Positions 44,624 to 54,980 are shown, counted from the first letter of the stretch. The stretch is 64,000 nucleotides of DNA from an uncultured Deinococcaceae bacterium (GCA_964252075.1 CAXULY010000023.1:1-64000); one strand, 5' to 3'. Made by a program: numbers and translations. Notes: a model not told the origin generated them from the sequence alone.

Positions 44624-45952
44624 TCAGGTCCGTGCCTGCGTCACAGGGTGGTCGGTGGGCGCGCGCCGCAGCGCCGCCTCGCCCGCCGAGAGCGCCCACA
44701 CGGACCACAGCAGGCCGTCCGACTCGGGAATCACGAACCACAGCAACAGGAACACCTGGTACCCCAGGAAGGCCGCGAAGGCACCCAGCGGCGCGCGGCG
44801 CGCCTGCGCGAGCGTCAGCACCAGCAGCGTGAGGTACAGCGCCAGGCCCACCAGGCCGTGCATGAGGCCCTGCTCCAGCAGTTCGTTGTGGGCTTTCCAG
44901 GCGGTGTAGTAGCGGTTCAGGGTCTCGCCCTGCGCGTTTCGGGTGTGAAAGGGCGTCTTCTCGCCGCTGGTGTAACTCAGGAGCGTCTCGTTCAGCTCCA
45001 GCTTGATGTTCGCCTTGAGTTCCGGGAGGGTCAGGTAATCGCCCCAGTGCAGGTAGTACTGCCCACCGCCCCACCCGGTGAGGGGCCGCGCGAGGATGCC
45101 GCGCGCGGCGGAACGCCAGAAGTACGTGCGGGACGTGAGCGAGCCCTCGTCCGTCGCCTGCTTGGTGTTGCCCCCCTGCTGCTGGTTCACGAGCAGGTAC
45201 CCGGCGCCGACCGCCACGACCAGCGTGAGGGCGAGTGGCCAGCGTTGACGCTCGCGCCACAGCAGGAACACCAGCACCACAGCAAGGGCCAGCCAGCCCG
45301 CGCGGTTCACGGTGAGCCCCAGCGCGAGGGCGGGCAGCACGGCCAGCCAGCGCGCCCGCCCCGCCAGGCCCGCCGCGGCCGCCGCGCCCATCACAAGCAG
45401 GCCCGCGAGGTGCCCCTTCTGCGGGAAGCTCACGAGCGGCATGTCGCGCGCGATGTACTTGTAGAAGATGCCCGCGCCGCGCGCGACCTCCACGAGCGCG
45501 CCGACGGACACCACCGCGACCGCCACGGCGAGCGCCCAGGTGAGGCGGCGGGACAGGTCGGGGTCGCGGGTGTGCGCGCGCGCCACCAGCACGAAGAGGA
45601 GCACCATCGCCCCCACCCACAGGGCGCCGTCTGCGTGGTCGAAGGCGCCGCCGAGGTACGCGGCGCGCTGGTCCGGCGCGAAGGCCGCGGCGAGCAGGCA
45701 CCACGCGCCGAACAGGAGGGCGATCAGCACCGCCGGACGCGACCGCGCCCACGTCACGAGGTTGCCGAGCGCCGCTGGTCGCGGCGCCGTGAGTTCCAGC
45801 AGCAGGCCGCCCAGCAGCGCAACCCCGGCGATCCACCAGTGAAGTTCAGCAGCACCGGCGCGGCTGGGGCCCTGTACGGGCCACGCCAGCAGGGGGTACA
45901 CGAGGACGAAGGCGGGCCACCACCAGGCGCGCAGGACAGCAAGGGCGGTCAT
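44624..45952 (-). CDS. O-antigen ligase-like (Wzy_C) membrane protein
   Basis: About 10 TM helices; SR..FW..A..I..RPLTGWG; KAHNELLE..G..GL. Confidence 0.8.
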   Translation of the reverse strand: MTALAVLRAWWWPAFVLVYPLLAWPVQGPSRAGAAELHWWIAGVALLGGLLLELTAPRPAALGNLVTWARSRPAVLIALLFGAWCLLAAAFAPDQRAAYLGGAFDHADGALWVGAMVLLFVLVARAHTRDPDLSRRLTWALAVAVAVVSVGALVEVARGAGIFYKYIARDMPLVSFPQKGHLAGLLVMGAAAAAGLAGRARWLAVLPALALGLTVNRAGWLALAVVLVFLLWRERQRWPLALTLVVAVGAGYLLVNQQQGGNTKQATDEGSLTSRTYFWRSAARGILARPLTGWGGGQYYLHWGDYLTLPELKANIKLELNETLLSYTSGEKTPFHTRNAQGETLNRYYTAWKAHNELLEQGLMHGLVGLALYLTLLVLTLAQARRAPLGAFAAFLGYQVFLLLWFVIPESDGLLWSVWALSAGEAALRRAPTDHPVTQART

Positions 45953-46029
45953 GCGAAAGAGCCTAACAGGCTGGAGCGCGCTGTGGCGATGCCCCCAATA
46001 GCTGTGGCCTTCAGCTCAGCGCGGGGCGC

Positions 46030-46548
46030 TCAGGCGAGTTCGATGTGGCGCGACTGCAGGAACGGCTGCAGGGTGCTGAGGACCGTGCGGGGTGGCATGG
46101 GCGCGCCCGAGATGAGGCCCGCGACGGTGTCGCGCCCCACGAGGCGCAGGGCGCGGTACTGCGCGCGCGTCACGGGGAGGTTCTCGTTGAAGGCCGCCGT
46201 GAAGCGCAGGGGGCGGTCCCAGTCGGGGAAGGCGCTCAGCAGTTCCGGCCACGCCTCGGTCTCCTGCCAGACGTACTGCAGGAGGGCGTCGCGGCGCATG
46301 CTGATGCTGCGGTCTGGCGCGGGCGGCTGGCCGTCGAAGCGGAATTCGCCGGCGTCCACGCTGGCGAGCAGGCTGAGCGCCTCCAGGCCACTGCGGCCCA
46401 GCGCGCTGGCGTGCACGACCTCGCCGCCCTCAAGCCACAGGTCACCGCCGCGCGGGTGGCTGATCTGGAACCGGCCCGTGCGGCCACCGTTGAGGAGCAT
46501 CTGGAGAACGCCCAGCAGCGGAAACTCGCTGAGACTGCCTGTAAGCAT
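46030..46548 (-). CDS. DUF4388 (PatA N-terminal-like) domain protein
   Basis: GSLSEFPLLGVLQML...TG, GEVVHA, GEFRF. Confidence 0.85.
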   Translation of the reverse strand: MLTGSLSEFPLLGVLQMLLNGGRTGRFQISHPRGGDLWLEGGEVVHASALGRSGLEALSLLASVDAGEFRFDGQPPAPDRSISMRRDALLQYVWQETEAWPELLSAFPDWDRPLRFTAAFNENLPVTRAQYRALRLVGRDTVAGLISGAPMPPRTVLSTLQPFLQSRHIELA

Positions 46549-46747
46549 CGCGGCCAGTGTAGCAAAGCCCCACCGGCCTCACGCACGAAATGTGGCGCGC
46601 GGTGACGGGGCAGGTCCGCCGCACGATCCGGGCTGGAGGGAGGACACCCCCACACCTGGGGGCTCTCGCGGTGCCTCACCTCCATGAGGCACCGCAGCCC
46701 TCGACAGCCCGACGGGAAAAGCCCAGGGTGCTGATGGATGGCCCAAA

Positions 46748-46796
46748 TGGTGAGGGACGGTGATGGGACCTACGGCCCCATCACCGTCCCTCACCA
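46748..46796 (-). terminator. Long hairpin directly after murA
   Basis: TGGTGAGGGACGGTGATGGG..CCCATCACCGTCCCTCACCA. Confidence 0.7.
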
Positions 46797-46800
46797 GCAA

Positions 46801-48087
46801 TCAGTCCATCGCGGTGGCGAGGGCCGGTTCCGACTGGTAGGCGCGCGCGCCGACGCCGCGCAGGCGCTCGGCGAGGCGCTCGTAGCCGCGGTTGATGTAC
46901 TGCATGCCGTCAATGATGGTCTCACCGTCGGCGGCGAGGGCCGCGACGACCAGCGCCGCGCCCGCGCGGATGTCGGCGGCGCGCACGGGCGCGCCGTGCA
47001 GGGCGCCGCCCTGGATCACCTGGGTGTGCTCCGCCACCACAATCTGCGCGCCCATGCGGTTCAGTTCGACGACGTGCGTGAGGCGCTCGGGGTAGATCTT
47101 GTCCACCACCACGCTGGTGCCGGGCACAGTGGCGAGCAGCGCCCCCATCTGAGGCTGCAGGTCCGTCGGGAAGCCGGGGAACTCCAGCGCGGTGACGTTG
47201 GTGGGGCGCAGGTCGCCGTGCGTGGCGTCCACGATCAGGCTGTCACTGCTCTCCAGGATCTGCACGTTCATTTCGAGCAGCTTTGCGGTGATGGCGCGCA
47301 CATGCGCGGGCTTGATGTTGGTGAGGGTGAGGCGGCTGCGTGTGGCGGCCGCCGCGATCATGAAGGTGCCCGCCTCGATGCGGTCGGGGATGACGGTGTA
47401 CTCACCGCCGCGCAGTTCACGCACGCCCTGCACCACGATGGTGTTGCTGCCCGCCCCCTGGATGTCCGCGCCGAGCGTGTTCAGGAAGTTCACCATGTCG
47501 ACGACGTCCGTGTCGATGCTGGCGTTCTCCAGGGTCACGGTGCCGTTGCCGAGCACGCCCGCCAGGATGGCGTTCTGCGTGCCGCCCACGGTCAGCATCT
47601 CGAAGACGTAGCGGCCCGAGAGGGCGCCGGGGCGCTCCGCGTGGAAGCTGCCGCCCTCGTCCGCGACCTGCGCGCCGATGGCGCGGAAGGCCTTCACGTG
47701 CTGGTCCACCGGGCGGTGCCCGAAGGCACAGCCGCCGGGCATGCTGACTTTCGCCTCGCCCTCGCGGGCGAGGAGCGCGCCCATCACGATGAAGCTCGCG
47801 CGCATCTTGCTGACGAGCGCGTACGGCGCCTCGACGCTCACGAGTTCCGGCGTGTGCAGCAGCAGGCTGTTCGCCCCCACCCAGGCGTGGCGCGTGCCGA
47901 GGTGCGACACGATCTCCAGGATGGTGTACACGTCACTGAGACGGGGGATGCCGTGCAGCGTGATCGGCTCGCGGCTCAGCAGGCTCGCCATGATGATGGG
48001 GAGCGCGGCGTTCTTGCTGGGTTGAACCTGGATCTCGCCTTGGAGCTGGACACCGCCGGTGACGTGGAGGGGCGTGAGGTGCAGCAT
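46801..48087 (-). CDS. murA: UDP-N-acetylglucosamine 1-carboxyvinyltransferase
   Basis: SKNAALP, KMRAS, PGGCAFGHRPVDQH, PDRIEAGT, PGFPTDLQ, DIRAGAAL, RGYE. Confidence 0.97.
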   Translation of the reverse strand: MLHLTPLHVTGGVQLQGEIQVQPSKNAALPIIMASLLSREPITLHGIPRLSDVYTILEIVSHLGTRHAWVGANSLLLHTPELVSVEAPYALVSKMRASFIVMGALLAREGEAKVSMPGGCAFGHRPVDQHVKAFRAIGAQVADEGGSFHAERPGALSGRYVFEMLTVGGTQNAILAGVLGNGTVTLENASIDTDVVDMVNFLNTLGADIQGAGSNTIVVQGVRELRGGEYTVIPDRIEAGTFMIAAAATRSRLTLTNIKPAHVRAITAKLLEMNVQILESSDSLIVDATHGDLRPTNVTALEFPGFPTDLQPQMGALLATVPGTSVVVDKIYPERLTHVVELNRMGAQIVVAEHTQVIQGGALHGAPVRAADIRAGAALVVAALAADGETIIDGMQYINRGYERLAERLRGVGARAYQSEPALATAMD

Positions 48088-48279
48088 GAAGTCCTTTCAG
48101 ACGGCCCTTGGGCCGTGGGGTGCGGGAATTGGGTGGTGGAGAACGTGCAACACATTCTCCTGCAACATCTTACACACCGTACTCATGGGCGTCTAGCAAG
48201 TTGGATTCTACCTGTAGTGTTCATGTTGAGCGTACACATCCGGCGTGCTAGGCTAAAACGCAAGCAGGAGAGCGTCAAT

Positions 48280-48504
48280 ATGCCCAAAAAAGAACGCAAG
48301 CGCCTACAGGTGGTGATTTCGGAGGAGCAGGACGCCCTCCTCACCAAGACAGCTTATGAGCTGTCGAGCCCGGAGCGCTTGATCTCCAAGAGCGAGGTGG
48401 TCCGACTGGCGATCGAGAAGATCGCCCGTGACCTCGGCGAGGGTGAGAGCGTCGAGGACTACAAGGCCCTGCTCGAAGACGAGGAAGTGCGCGACGAGCC
48501 CTGA
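48280..48504 (+). CDS. Small ribbon-helix-helix-like DNA-binding protein
   Basis: RKRLQVVIS (strand), helix, [10 protein letters not shown] (helix); TTGAGC-N17-TAGGCT promoter and AGGAG RBS upstream. Confidence 0.75.
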   Translation: MPKKERKRLQVVISEEQDALLTKTAYELSSPERLISKSEVVRLAIEKIARDLGEGESVEDYKALLEDEEVRDEP

Positions 48505-48605
48505 AGTTCCGTTCCAGGCGGGCGGCCCCACATGCGGGTCGCCCGCCTTGCTGTGGGGCGCGGGTGGCCTCACGCCGAAGGGACTTCCGCTCTAGACTCA
48601 AGGGC

Positions 48606-50507
48606 GTGACGCGCACGCCCCTGCTGCTCGACCGCTACGCCCTGGAGGGGCTGATCGGTGAGGGTGGGAGCGCCGAGGTGTACCGCGCGCGTGACGCCCG
48701 CACCGGCCGCGAGGTGGCCGTGAAGCTGCTGTACGCGGGCGTGCCCGAGGCGGATCGGCGGCGCTTTGAGCGGGAGATCCGCACGCTGTCGAGCCTCACG
48801 CACCCCGGCGTGGTGGAGGTGCACGACCTGGGGGAACACGAGGGGCGCCTGTTCTTCGTGATGCCGCTCCTCACGGGCGGGCCGCTCAGCGCCCTGGGGC
48901 CGCTGGAGGACGAACCGACGGCGGTGGGGCGTTTCCTGACGGCGTCGGCCTTCGTGGCGCGCACCCTGCAGTACGTGCACGACCGGGGCGTCATTCACCG
49001 CGACCTGACGCCCAACAACATCCTGCTGGGGGACGACGGCCTGCCGCGCGTGATGGATTTCGGTCTGGTGTCGCTGGGCGAGATGACGCGCCACCTCACG
49101 CGCAGCGGCGTCACGCCCGGCACCCCGCACTACATGGCGCCCGAGCAGGCCAGGGGCGGCGCCGTGGGTTCCTGGAGTGACCTGTACGCGCTGGGGGCGG
49201 TGCTGTACCGCGTGGCGTGCGGCAGTCCACCTTTCGTGGGCGAGAACGACCAGGCGGTGCTGTACCAGCACGTATACGAGGCGCCGCCGCACCCGCAGGA
49301 CGTCAACCCGGCGGTGCCCGACACGCTCGCGGAGGTCATCATGGCGCTGCTCTCCAAGGACCCGAAGGCCCGGCCGGACAGCGGGGAGCGCGTCGCGGTG
49401 CTGCTGGAGGAGGCGCGCGAGACGGCGTGGCGGGTGGGGGCGGGCGGCCAGTACCGTGCGGGGCGCGGCCGGGGCGGCCTGTACCCGGGCGGCCCGGCGC
49501 GCGTGACGGCGCTGGAGGAACGCTGGGCCACCCCGGTGGGCGGCGAGGTGACGTGGCCGTCTGCGGTGACGGCCGGGCGGGACCTGATCGCGGTGGGGAC
49601 CCGCAAGCGCCAGCTCACGCTGCTCAGCCAGTCCGGGCACCTGCACGCCAGCCTCCGCGCGGACGACGAGGTGACGGCCCCCGCCACCTTGGAGGAAGGC
49701 GCGGTGGTGTTCGGGGCGTGGGACGGCACCCTGCGGCGCAGCACGCTGGACGGCCGCGAGGTGTGGCGTCACCGCACGCGCGCGGAGATCACGGGCGCAC
49801 CCACCCGCTGGGGCGGCGCGTACCTCGTCACGTCGCGCGACGGGCACTTGCACAGCGTGGGCGCGGAGCGCGGCGAGCTGCGCTGGGCCTACCGCGCCGA
49901 GGGCCCGGTGGCGGCCAGCCCGATCATCTGGGGGGGCAGCGTCTTTCTGGCGGACGAGGGTGGGTGGCTGCACGCGCTGGACGCGGGGAGCGGCGTGAAC
50001 CTCTGGCGCGTGCAGCTGGACGCCGTGCACGCCACGCCTGCGCTCGCGCCGGTGTCCCGCGACGCCGCGATCCTGGTGGTGCCCACCTGGAAGGGTGAGC
50101 TGCACGCCCTGCGACTCACCCTGCAGGACGGCCGGTACCGCCCGGACCCCAGCGAGCCGCTGCTGTGGACCTACGACCTGGAAGACGAACTGTGGGCCTC
50201 GCCCGCCATCGAGGGGGAACGCGTGCTGGTCGCCACGTGGGGTGGGCAGCTGAGCGCCCTCGACCTGCGGACCGCCGACGAACTCTGGACGCACCAGCTG
50301 TCCGGGCGCGTGACGGCCAGCCCGGTCATTGCGGGCGGCGTGGCGTACCTGGCGAGCGAGGCGGGTGAGGTGCTGGCGCTCAGCATGCACAGCGGCGAGG
50401 TGCTGTGGTCCCGGCGTTACCCGGTGGGCGTGCAGGCCACGCCACTCGTCGCGGGCGGGACACTGTACGTGGCGTTCATGGATGGAATGTTACGTGCTTT
50501 TCGTTGA
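48606..50507 (+). CDS. Ser/Thr protein kinase with C-terminal PQQ-like beta-propeller repeats
   Basis: [33 protein letters not shown]; repeated ASP..G..W motifs. Confidence 0.92.
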   Translation: MTRTPLLLDRYALEGLIGEGGSAEVYRARDARTGREVAVKLLYAGVPEADRRRFEREIRTLSSLTHPGVVEVHDLGEHEGRLFFVMPLLTGGPLSALGPLEDEPTAVGRFLTASAFVARTLQYVHDRGVIHRDLTPNNILLGDDGLPRVMDFGLVSLGEMTRHLTRSGVTPGTPHYMAPEQARGGAVGSWSDLYALGAVLYRVACGSPPFVGENDQAVLYQHVYEAPPHPQDVNPAVPDTLAEVIMALLSKDPKARPDSGERVAVLLEEARETAWRVGAGGQYRAGRGRGGLYPGGPARVTALEERWATPVGGEVTWPSAVTAGRDLIAVGTRKRQLTLLSQSGHLHASLRADDEVTAPATLEEGAVVFGAWDGTLRRSTLDGREVWRHRTRAEITGAPTRWGGAYLVTSRDGHLHSVGAERGELRWAYRAEGPVAASPIIWGGSVFLADEGGWLHALDAGSGVNLWRVQLDAVHATPALAPVSRDAAILVVPTWKGELHALRLTLQDGRYRPDPSEPLLWTYDLEDELWASPAIEGERVLVATWGGQLSALDLRTADELWTHQLSGRVTASPVIAGGVAYLASEAGEVLALSMHSGEVLWSRRYPVGVQATPLVAGGTLYVAFMDGMLRAFR

Positions 50508-50586
50508 AGCTTCACTTCCAGGGCGTACCATAAGGGTGGCGGCGGAACCCCCGCAGCAGTTGGCGCAGAAGGCTTGGAGGTAGGTC

Positions 50587-50865
50587 GTGTTTGGTTTAGG
50601 CGCTCCCGAGATCATTGTGATCCTGATTGTGGCCCTCGTGATTTTCGGGCCGAAGAAGCTCCCCGAGCTGGGCAAGAGCCTGGGTCAGGGCATCCGTGAA
50701 TTCAAGCGTGGCACCCAGAGCATGAAAGATGAGCTGGAGGGCAGCTTCAAGGACGAGCCCGCCGTGAAGGCCGCCCCCGCGGTCGAGACCATCAAGATTG
50801 AGCCCACCAAGGTGGACCCGATCAAGGTGGAGGCGACCAAGGCCGAGACCGTGCATCAGGGCTGA
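50587..50865 (+). CDS. tatA: Twin-arginine translocase subunit A
   Basis: GAPEIIVILIVALVIFGPKKLPELGKSLGQGIREFK. Confidence 0.95.
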   Translation: MFGLGAPEIIVILIVALVIFGPKKLPELGKSLGQGIREFKRGTQSMKDELEGSFKDEPAVKAAPAVETIKIEPTKVDPIKVEATKAETVHQG

Positions 50866-50876
50866 CCTGCTCCTTC

Positions 50877-50915
50877 AGGAGGGCGGACCGGCGTGCTGGT
50901 CCGCCCTCCTCCTTT
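50877..50915 (+). terminator. Intrinsic terminator after tatA
   Basis: AGGAGGGCGGACC..GGTCCGCCCTCCT followed by CCTTT. Confidence 0.75.
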
Positions 50916-50959
50916 CGCATGACGGGCGCAGCGGGCCGTCAAGGTAGACTGCCCGCAGC

Positions 50960-51571
50960 ATGAGCAGCTTCAGCCTGAACCCCGAGTACCTGCTGCAGAC
51001 CTTCTCCTACGTGGGCCTGGGGGTGGTCCTGTTCGCGGAGACCGGCCTGCTGCTGGGGTTCTTCCTGCCCGGCGACACCCTGCTGATCCCGGCGGGCCTG
51101 TTCGCGGCGCGCGGGGACCTGAACCTGTGGGCCGTCATGGCGCTCGCGGCCGTCGCGGCCGTCGCCGGGAACCTCGTGGGCTACGCGGTGGGGCGGCGCT
51201 TCGGACCGCTGGTGTTCGCGCGCCAGAACCGCTTCTTCAAGCCGGAGTACGTGGAGCGCGCGCGCGAGTACATGCACGCGCACGGCAACCAGACCATCGT
51301 GCTGGCGCGCTTCATTCCCGTGATCCGCACGGTGGTGCCCACTCTGGCGGGCACCGTCGGCATGGATTTCCGGATGTTCGCGCTGCTGAGCGTGGTGGGC
51401 GGGGTGCTGTGGGGCGCGGGCGTGCCGCTGCTTGGGTACTTCCTGGGCCGCCTCGTGCCCGCCAACGTGCTGGACCGCTACATCCTGCTGATCGTGGTGC
51501 TGGTGCTGGTGGCGTCCTTCGTGCCGGTGGTGCTGGAGGTCCTGAAGCACCGCCGCGCCGCGCGCCCCTGA
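50960..51571 (+). CDS. DedA family membrane protein
   Basis: [27 protein letters not shown]. Confidence 0.93.
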   Translation: MSSFSLNPEYLLQTFSYVGLGVVLFAETGLLLGFFLPGDTLLIPAGLFAARGDLNLWAVMALAAVAAVAGNLVGYAVGRRFGPLVFARQNRFFKPEYVERAREYMHAHGNQTIVLARFIPVIRTVVPTLAGTVGMDFRMFALLSVVGGVLWGAGVPLLGYFLGRLVPANVLDRYILLIVVLVLVASFVPVVLEVLKHRRAARP

Positions 51572-51574
51572 CCT

Positions 51575-52031
51575 TCAGTTGAGGTCGCGCGGTCGGTAAC
51601 TCACCGCCTCCGCGAGGTGCGCTTCCGTCACGACCGCGCTGCCCGCGAGGTCCGCGACGGTGCGCGCCACGCGCAGCACCCGGTCGTACCCGCGGCCCGT
51701 GAGGCCCAGCTGGCCCGCCGCCGCCTGAATGAAGGCCTGCGGGCCGCTCGCGAGCGCAGTGTGCTCGCGCAGCAGCGCGCCCTGCAAGAGGCTGTTGCGT
51801 TCGCCCTGGCGGCCCATCATGCGCTCGCGGCCCGCCTGCACGCGCGCGCACCACGCGGCTGGGTTCGCCCTCACGGGCGCGCGTGAGTTCATCCACCGTG
51901 AGGCGCGGCACGCGCACCACAAGGTCAATGCGGTCCATCAGGGGGCCGCTCAGGCGCCCCACGTACCGCAGGCGCTCGGCCGGCGTGCAGGTGCAGGCGC
52001 GCTCCGGGTCCCCGAAGTGCCCGCACGGGCA
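51575..52031 (-). pseudogene. comM: 3' fragment of comM (YifB Mg-chelatase-like ATPase), split by the prophage and frameshifted near 51845
   Basis: [28 protein letters not shown] in one frame; [34 protein letters not shown] in another. Confidence 0.88.
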
Positions 52032-52040
52032 CCCGTGCGG
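52021..52040. other. Putative prophage attachment junction (serine-integrase type)
   Basis: CCGCACGGG-CA-CCCGTGCGG inverted repeat around a 2-bp core, exactly where comM similarity ends, 25 bp from the integrase stop. Confidence 0.75.
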
Positions 52041-52065
52041 ACAGCAAACAGCATGGTCTCCCCTT

Positions 52066-53565
52066 TCACACCCGGTAATGGACGTCGACGCTGCCGTCCG
52101 GCTGCACGGTGATGGACTCCACGAGTTCGTGCGCGAGCGCCTGCCACTCGGTGTCGTTGAGGGTGTCGAGGCGGTCGCGGATGCGGTCGCTGAGGCTGAA
52201 GAGGTTCCGGGCGCGCGCCTCGGCGGTGGCCTGCTGCGCCGCCTGGTCGCGCAGACCCGCGAGGCGCAGCTGCAGGTCCGTGATCTGTTGATCGAGCGCC
52301 GCCTGACGCGTCAGGTACTGCCCTTTGCTGAGCGCGTCGCCGCCCAGGTACAGGTCCAGCAGGCGGTCGCGCGCGGCGCTGAGGTGCTCCAGCGTCCGCT
52401 CCGCCTGCCCCAGCTCCAGCGCGACGGTGTCCGTGCGGGTCGCCTCGCGCTGCGCGAGCGCGGCGGCGGGGTCCAACAGGATGCGCGTCAGGCTGGCGCG
52501 CACGTCGGCATCCAGCGCAAAGCCCGGCACGTGCGGGTTCGTGCACCGCTCGGCGTCCGGCATGCCGCTGCGCAGCGTGCGCCCGCCGCACCGGTAGGTG
52601 TAGCCGCCCTTCGGGTTGGTGCTGCGGGTGCCGATGTACGTTCGCCCGCACGCGCCGCACTTCACGAGGCTCTTGAGCATGTAGGTGTGCTTCGCGTTGC
52701 GCATGGCCATCAGGGCGTTCCGGGACAGCTGGTCCTGCGCGCGCTCCCATGTGGCCTCGTCGATCAGGGCCGGTGCAGCGCCCACGGTGAGGGGCGCCGC
52801 GCTCTTCTTGCCGGCGCGCGCGTTGCGCTTGCCGTACAGGTACTCGCCCTTGTACGCGGGGTTTTTCAGGATGCGCAGCACGCCGCCGTGTCGCCAGTGC
52901 ACGGCGGTGGTCTCGCCGCGCACGCCGCGGCCATCCTTCCGGTAGTGCGTGGGCACGCCCAACGCCGTGAGGTGCTCGGCGATGCGGATGGTGCTCAGGC
53001 CGTGCTCGACGCACAGCTGGAAGATCAGCCGCACCACGTCGGCGCTCTCCGGGTGCTCGACGAGCACGCCGTCTTCCACGCTGTACCCGTACGCGACGAT
53101 GCCGCCGGCGTACTTGCCCTTCTCGACGGCCTTGCGCAGGCCGTGTTGGGACCGCTCGATGAAGGTGTCGCGCTCCCACTCGGCGAACACCGCCATCATG
53201 CCGAGGATGGCCTTTCCGATCGGGTTGGTGGTGTCGATCATCGGCTCCGCGAAACTCTTGAGGGCCACGCCGTGCTTCCCGAGTTCCTCGATCAGGCTGT
53301 AGGCGAGCTGCACGCGGCGCGCGAGGCGGTCGAGGCGGTAGACCAGGAGCCCGTCGAAGGCGCGGACCTCCGCGGCGCGCAGCAGGCGCTGCAGGTCCGG
53401 CCGTTCCGCTGTGGCGCCGCTGTGGCCGGGATCGGTGTAGGCGTGCACGACCTCGTACCCCTGCGCGCTGGCGTACCGCTCGAGCGTCGCCAGTTGCGCT
53501 TCCAGGCTGTGGTTCCCCACCTGCTCGTCGGTGCTGACGCGGGTGTAGAGGGCGGCGCGGATCAC
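52066..53565 (-). CDS. Large serine recombinase (integrase)
   Basis: [31 protein letters not shown], recombinase domain (NPAYKG), zinc ribbon CGACG..YRC..C, coiled coil. Confidence 0.95.
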   Translation of the reverse strand: MIRAALYTRVSTDEQVGNHSLEAQLATLERYASAQGYEVVHAYTDPGHSGATAERPDLQRLLRAAEVRAFDGLLVYRLDRLARRVQLAYSLIEELGKHGVALKSFAEPMIDTTNPIGKAILGMMAVFAEWERDTFIERSQHGLRKAVEKGKYAGGIVAYGYSVEDGVLVEHPESADVVRLIFQLCVEHGLSTIRIAEHLTALGVPTHYRKDGRGVRGETTAVHWRHGGVLRILKNPAYKGEYLYGKRNARAGKKSAAPLTVGAAPALIDEATWERAQDQLSRNALMAMRNAKHTYMLKSLVKCGACGRTYIGTRSTNPKGGYTYRCGGRTLRSGMPDAERCTNPHVPGFALDADVRASLTRILLDPAAALAQREATRTDTVALELGQAERTLEHLSAARDRLLDLYLGGDALSKGQYLTRQAALDQQITDLQLRLAGLRDQAAQQATAEARARNLFSLSDRIRDRLDTLNDTEWQALAHELVESITVQPDGSVDVHYRV

Positions 53566-53596
53566 CTCGCCCTCCTCCGTGCCTCCACCGTGCTGA

Positions 53597-54262
53597 TCAC
53601 ATCCACGCCACGCCCACCAGGTGCGTGCTTTCCCGGACCGGCGTGATGGTGACCTTCGCCCATCTGGGGAACCGCTGGCGCGGTCGGGGCACGTATTCCA
53701 TCCAGGAGAACGGAAGGGACAGGTTGCAGGTTTCGGTGGCCACCACGTGCCGGCCACGAATGATGAACCCGGCGCGTTCATTCGCCGGGTCGTCGTACAC
53801 AATGCGCCTGAGTGCGACCTCGGTTCTCGCTCCGGACGTGCGGCTCAGGTGCATCACCGCCCCGGCCGTCACGCCGTACTTCCGCACGGCGGCATCGACG
53901 AGGGGCTGCGGGATCTGCAGGAACGCTTCGGCCTGCCGGCACAGGTGCTCGACGATCTCCCATCCGGTCTCGGTGCCGTAGTGATAGAGGATCTGGTCTT
54001 CGAGGCCGCTCCAGTAGAGGAAGACGTGGCCAATCTCATGGCGGATGGTGTCGTTGCTCCAGCCGTAGTACCAGGGCTGCACCACGATGGTGGGACGAGG
54101 TTCGGCTTCGGGGATGGCGTAGTTGTACTCGCCGACGCGGATTCGCATGTCGAAGAAGCGCGCGAGGCAATAGGCGTTCATTTCGTGGCCGGAGTACGAC
54201 TGGAGCGCCTTGATGTACTTGATGAAGTCGGCAGGCAGGAGTTCGAGGTTGTAGTGACTCAC
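53597..54262 (-). CDS. ImmA/IrrE-family Zn metallopeptidase
   Basis: RHEIGH (HExxH), downstream EHLC..AFLQIP; GTG overlaps the repressor stop. Confidence 0.88.
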   Translation of the reverse strand: MSHYNLELLPADFIKYIKALQSYSGHEMNAYCLARFFDMRIRVGEYNYAIPEAEPRPTIVVQPWYYGWSNDTIRHEIGHVFLYWSGLEDQILYHYGTETGWEIVEHLCRQAEAFLQIPQPLVDAAVRKYGVTAGAVMHLSRTSGARTEVALRRIVYDDPANERAGFIIRGRHVVATETCNLSLPFSWMEYVPRPRQRFPRWAKVTITPVRESTHLVGVAWM

Positions 54263-54813
54263 TTCGGGAGCCACCTCCGGTTCATCAGGAAGTACTCGAA
54301 CCACTGGTCCGCCGTCTGCGGTCCCTGGGAGTGACCGGCGAACAGGCGCGGCGCGGAAAGCGCGCGCACGGTCACTTCGTTCTTCAGTTCGGAGTACTTG
54401 CCGCTGTGCTCGTCGATCATTTCCTGCAGGGCGGGGGGGATGACGAGTGGGAGTTTGATGTAGTCCACGACGGGTGGAATGGGGGCGCCCCTCCATTTCT
54501 TCAGGTCGCCGCTCGCCGGTTCGGTGTCTTCATCGGGCATGGGGATGCCGAGGTCGACGCCTGTGCCGCGCTGAAGTTCGGGGAGGGTCCAGTTCAGGAT
54601 GGCCGCGAGGCGGATCAGGCGGTCCGTGGCGATCCCAGTGAGTTTCTGCACCCCACGTTCGATCTGGCTGACCAGGCTTTGGGACACGTCCGCGCGCAGG
54701 GCCAGCTCTTCCTGGCTCAGCCCGATTTCCTCGCGGCGCGCCTTGAATGCGCGCGCCCACTCGGGTTTTTCAGAACGTGGCCCTCGGGATGTCACTTGCC
54801 AGACTCCGTACAT
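54259..54813 (-). CDS. XRE-family prophage repressor with DdrO-like C-terminal domain
   Basis: RREEIGLSQEELA..VSQSLVSQIERG; C-terminal PPALQEMI..VRALS..PQTADQWFEYFL; start uncertain. Confidence 0.85.
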   Translation of the reverse strand: MYGVWQVTSRGPRSEKPEWARAFKARREEIGLSQEELALRADVSQSLVSQIERGVQKLTGIATDRLIRLAAILNWTLPELQRGTGVDLGIPMPDEDTEPASGDLKKWRGAPIPPVVDYIKLPLVIPPALQEMIDEHSGKYSELKNEVTVRALSAPRLFAGHSQGPQTADQWFEYFLMNRRWLPK

Positions 54814-54839
54814 GCCATAGGACTACGCTACTGGCTTGT

Positions 54840-54975
54840 GGTAGGTTCCCCCTAGTAGATAACTGTTGACCACGTTTGAAGCGCGGGAGTAGAATTCTAC
54901 TAACTGACCACGGCAGCCGGGGAGCATGACAACGGATCAGCATCACCCCCTAGACTCACAGTTTTATACTGGGAG
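54840..54975. promoter_or_regulatory. Lysis/lysogeny switch region with divergent promoters
   Basis: TTGACC-N18-TAGAAT rightward; palindrome AGTAGAATTCTACT (54888-54901) gives TAGAAT on both strands; repeated CCCCCTAG and TGACCACG. Confidence 0.65.
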
Positions 54976-54980
54976 GCATC

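Noticed and set aside
46801..48087. Fosfomycin-resistant MurA variant
   Set aside because: The active-site Cys (PGGCAFG) is retained
54870..54886. CCACGTTTGAAGCGCGG as an RDRM in the prophage switch
   Set aside because: Only the inner positions fit; the outer TT/AA positions are missing, so it is too weak without PWM scoring
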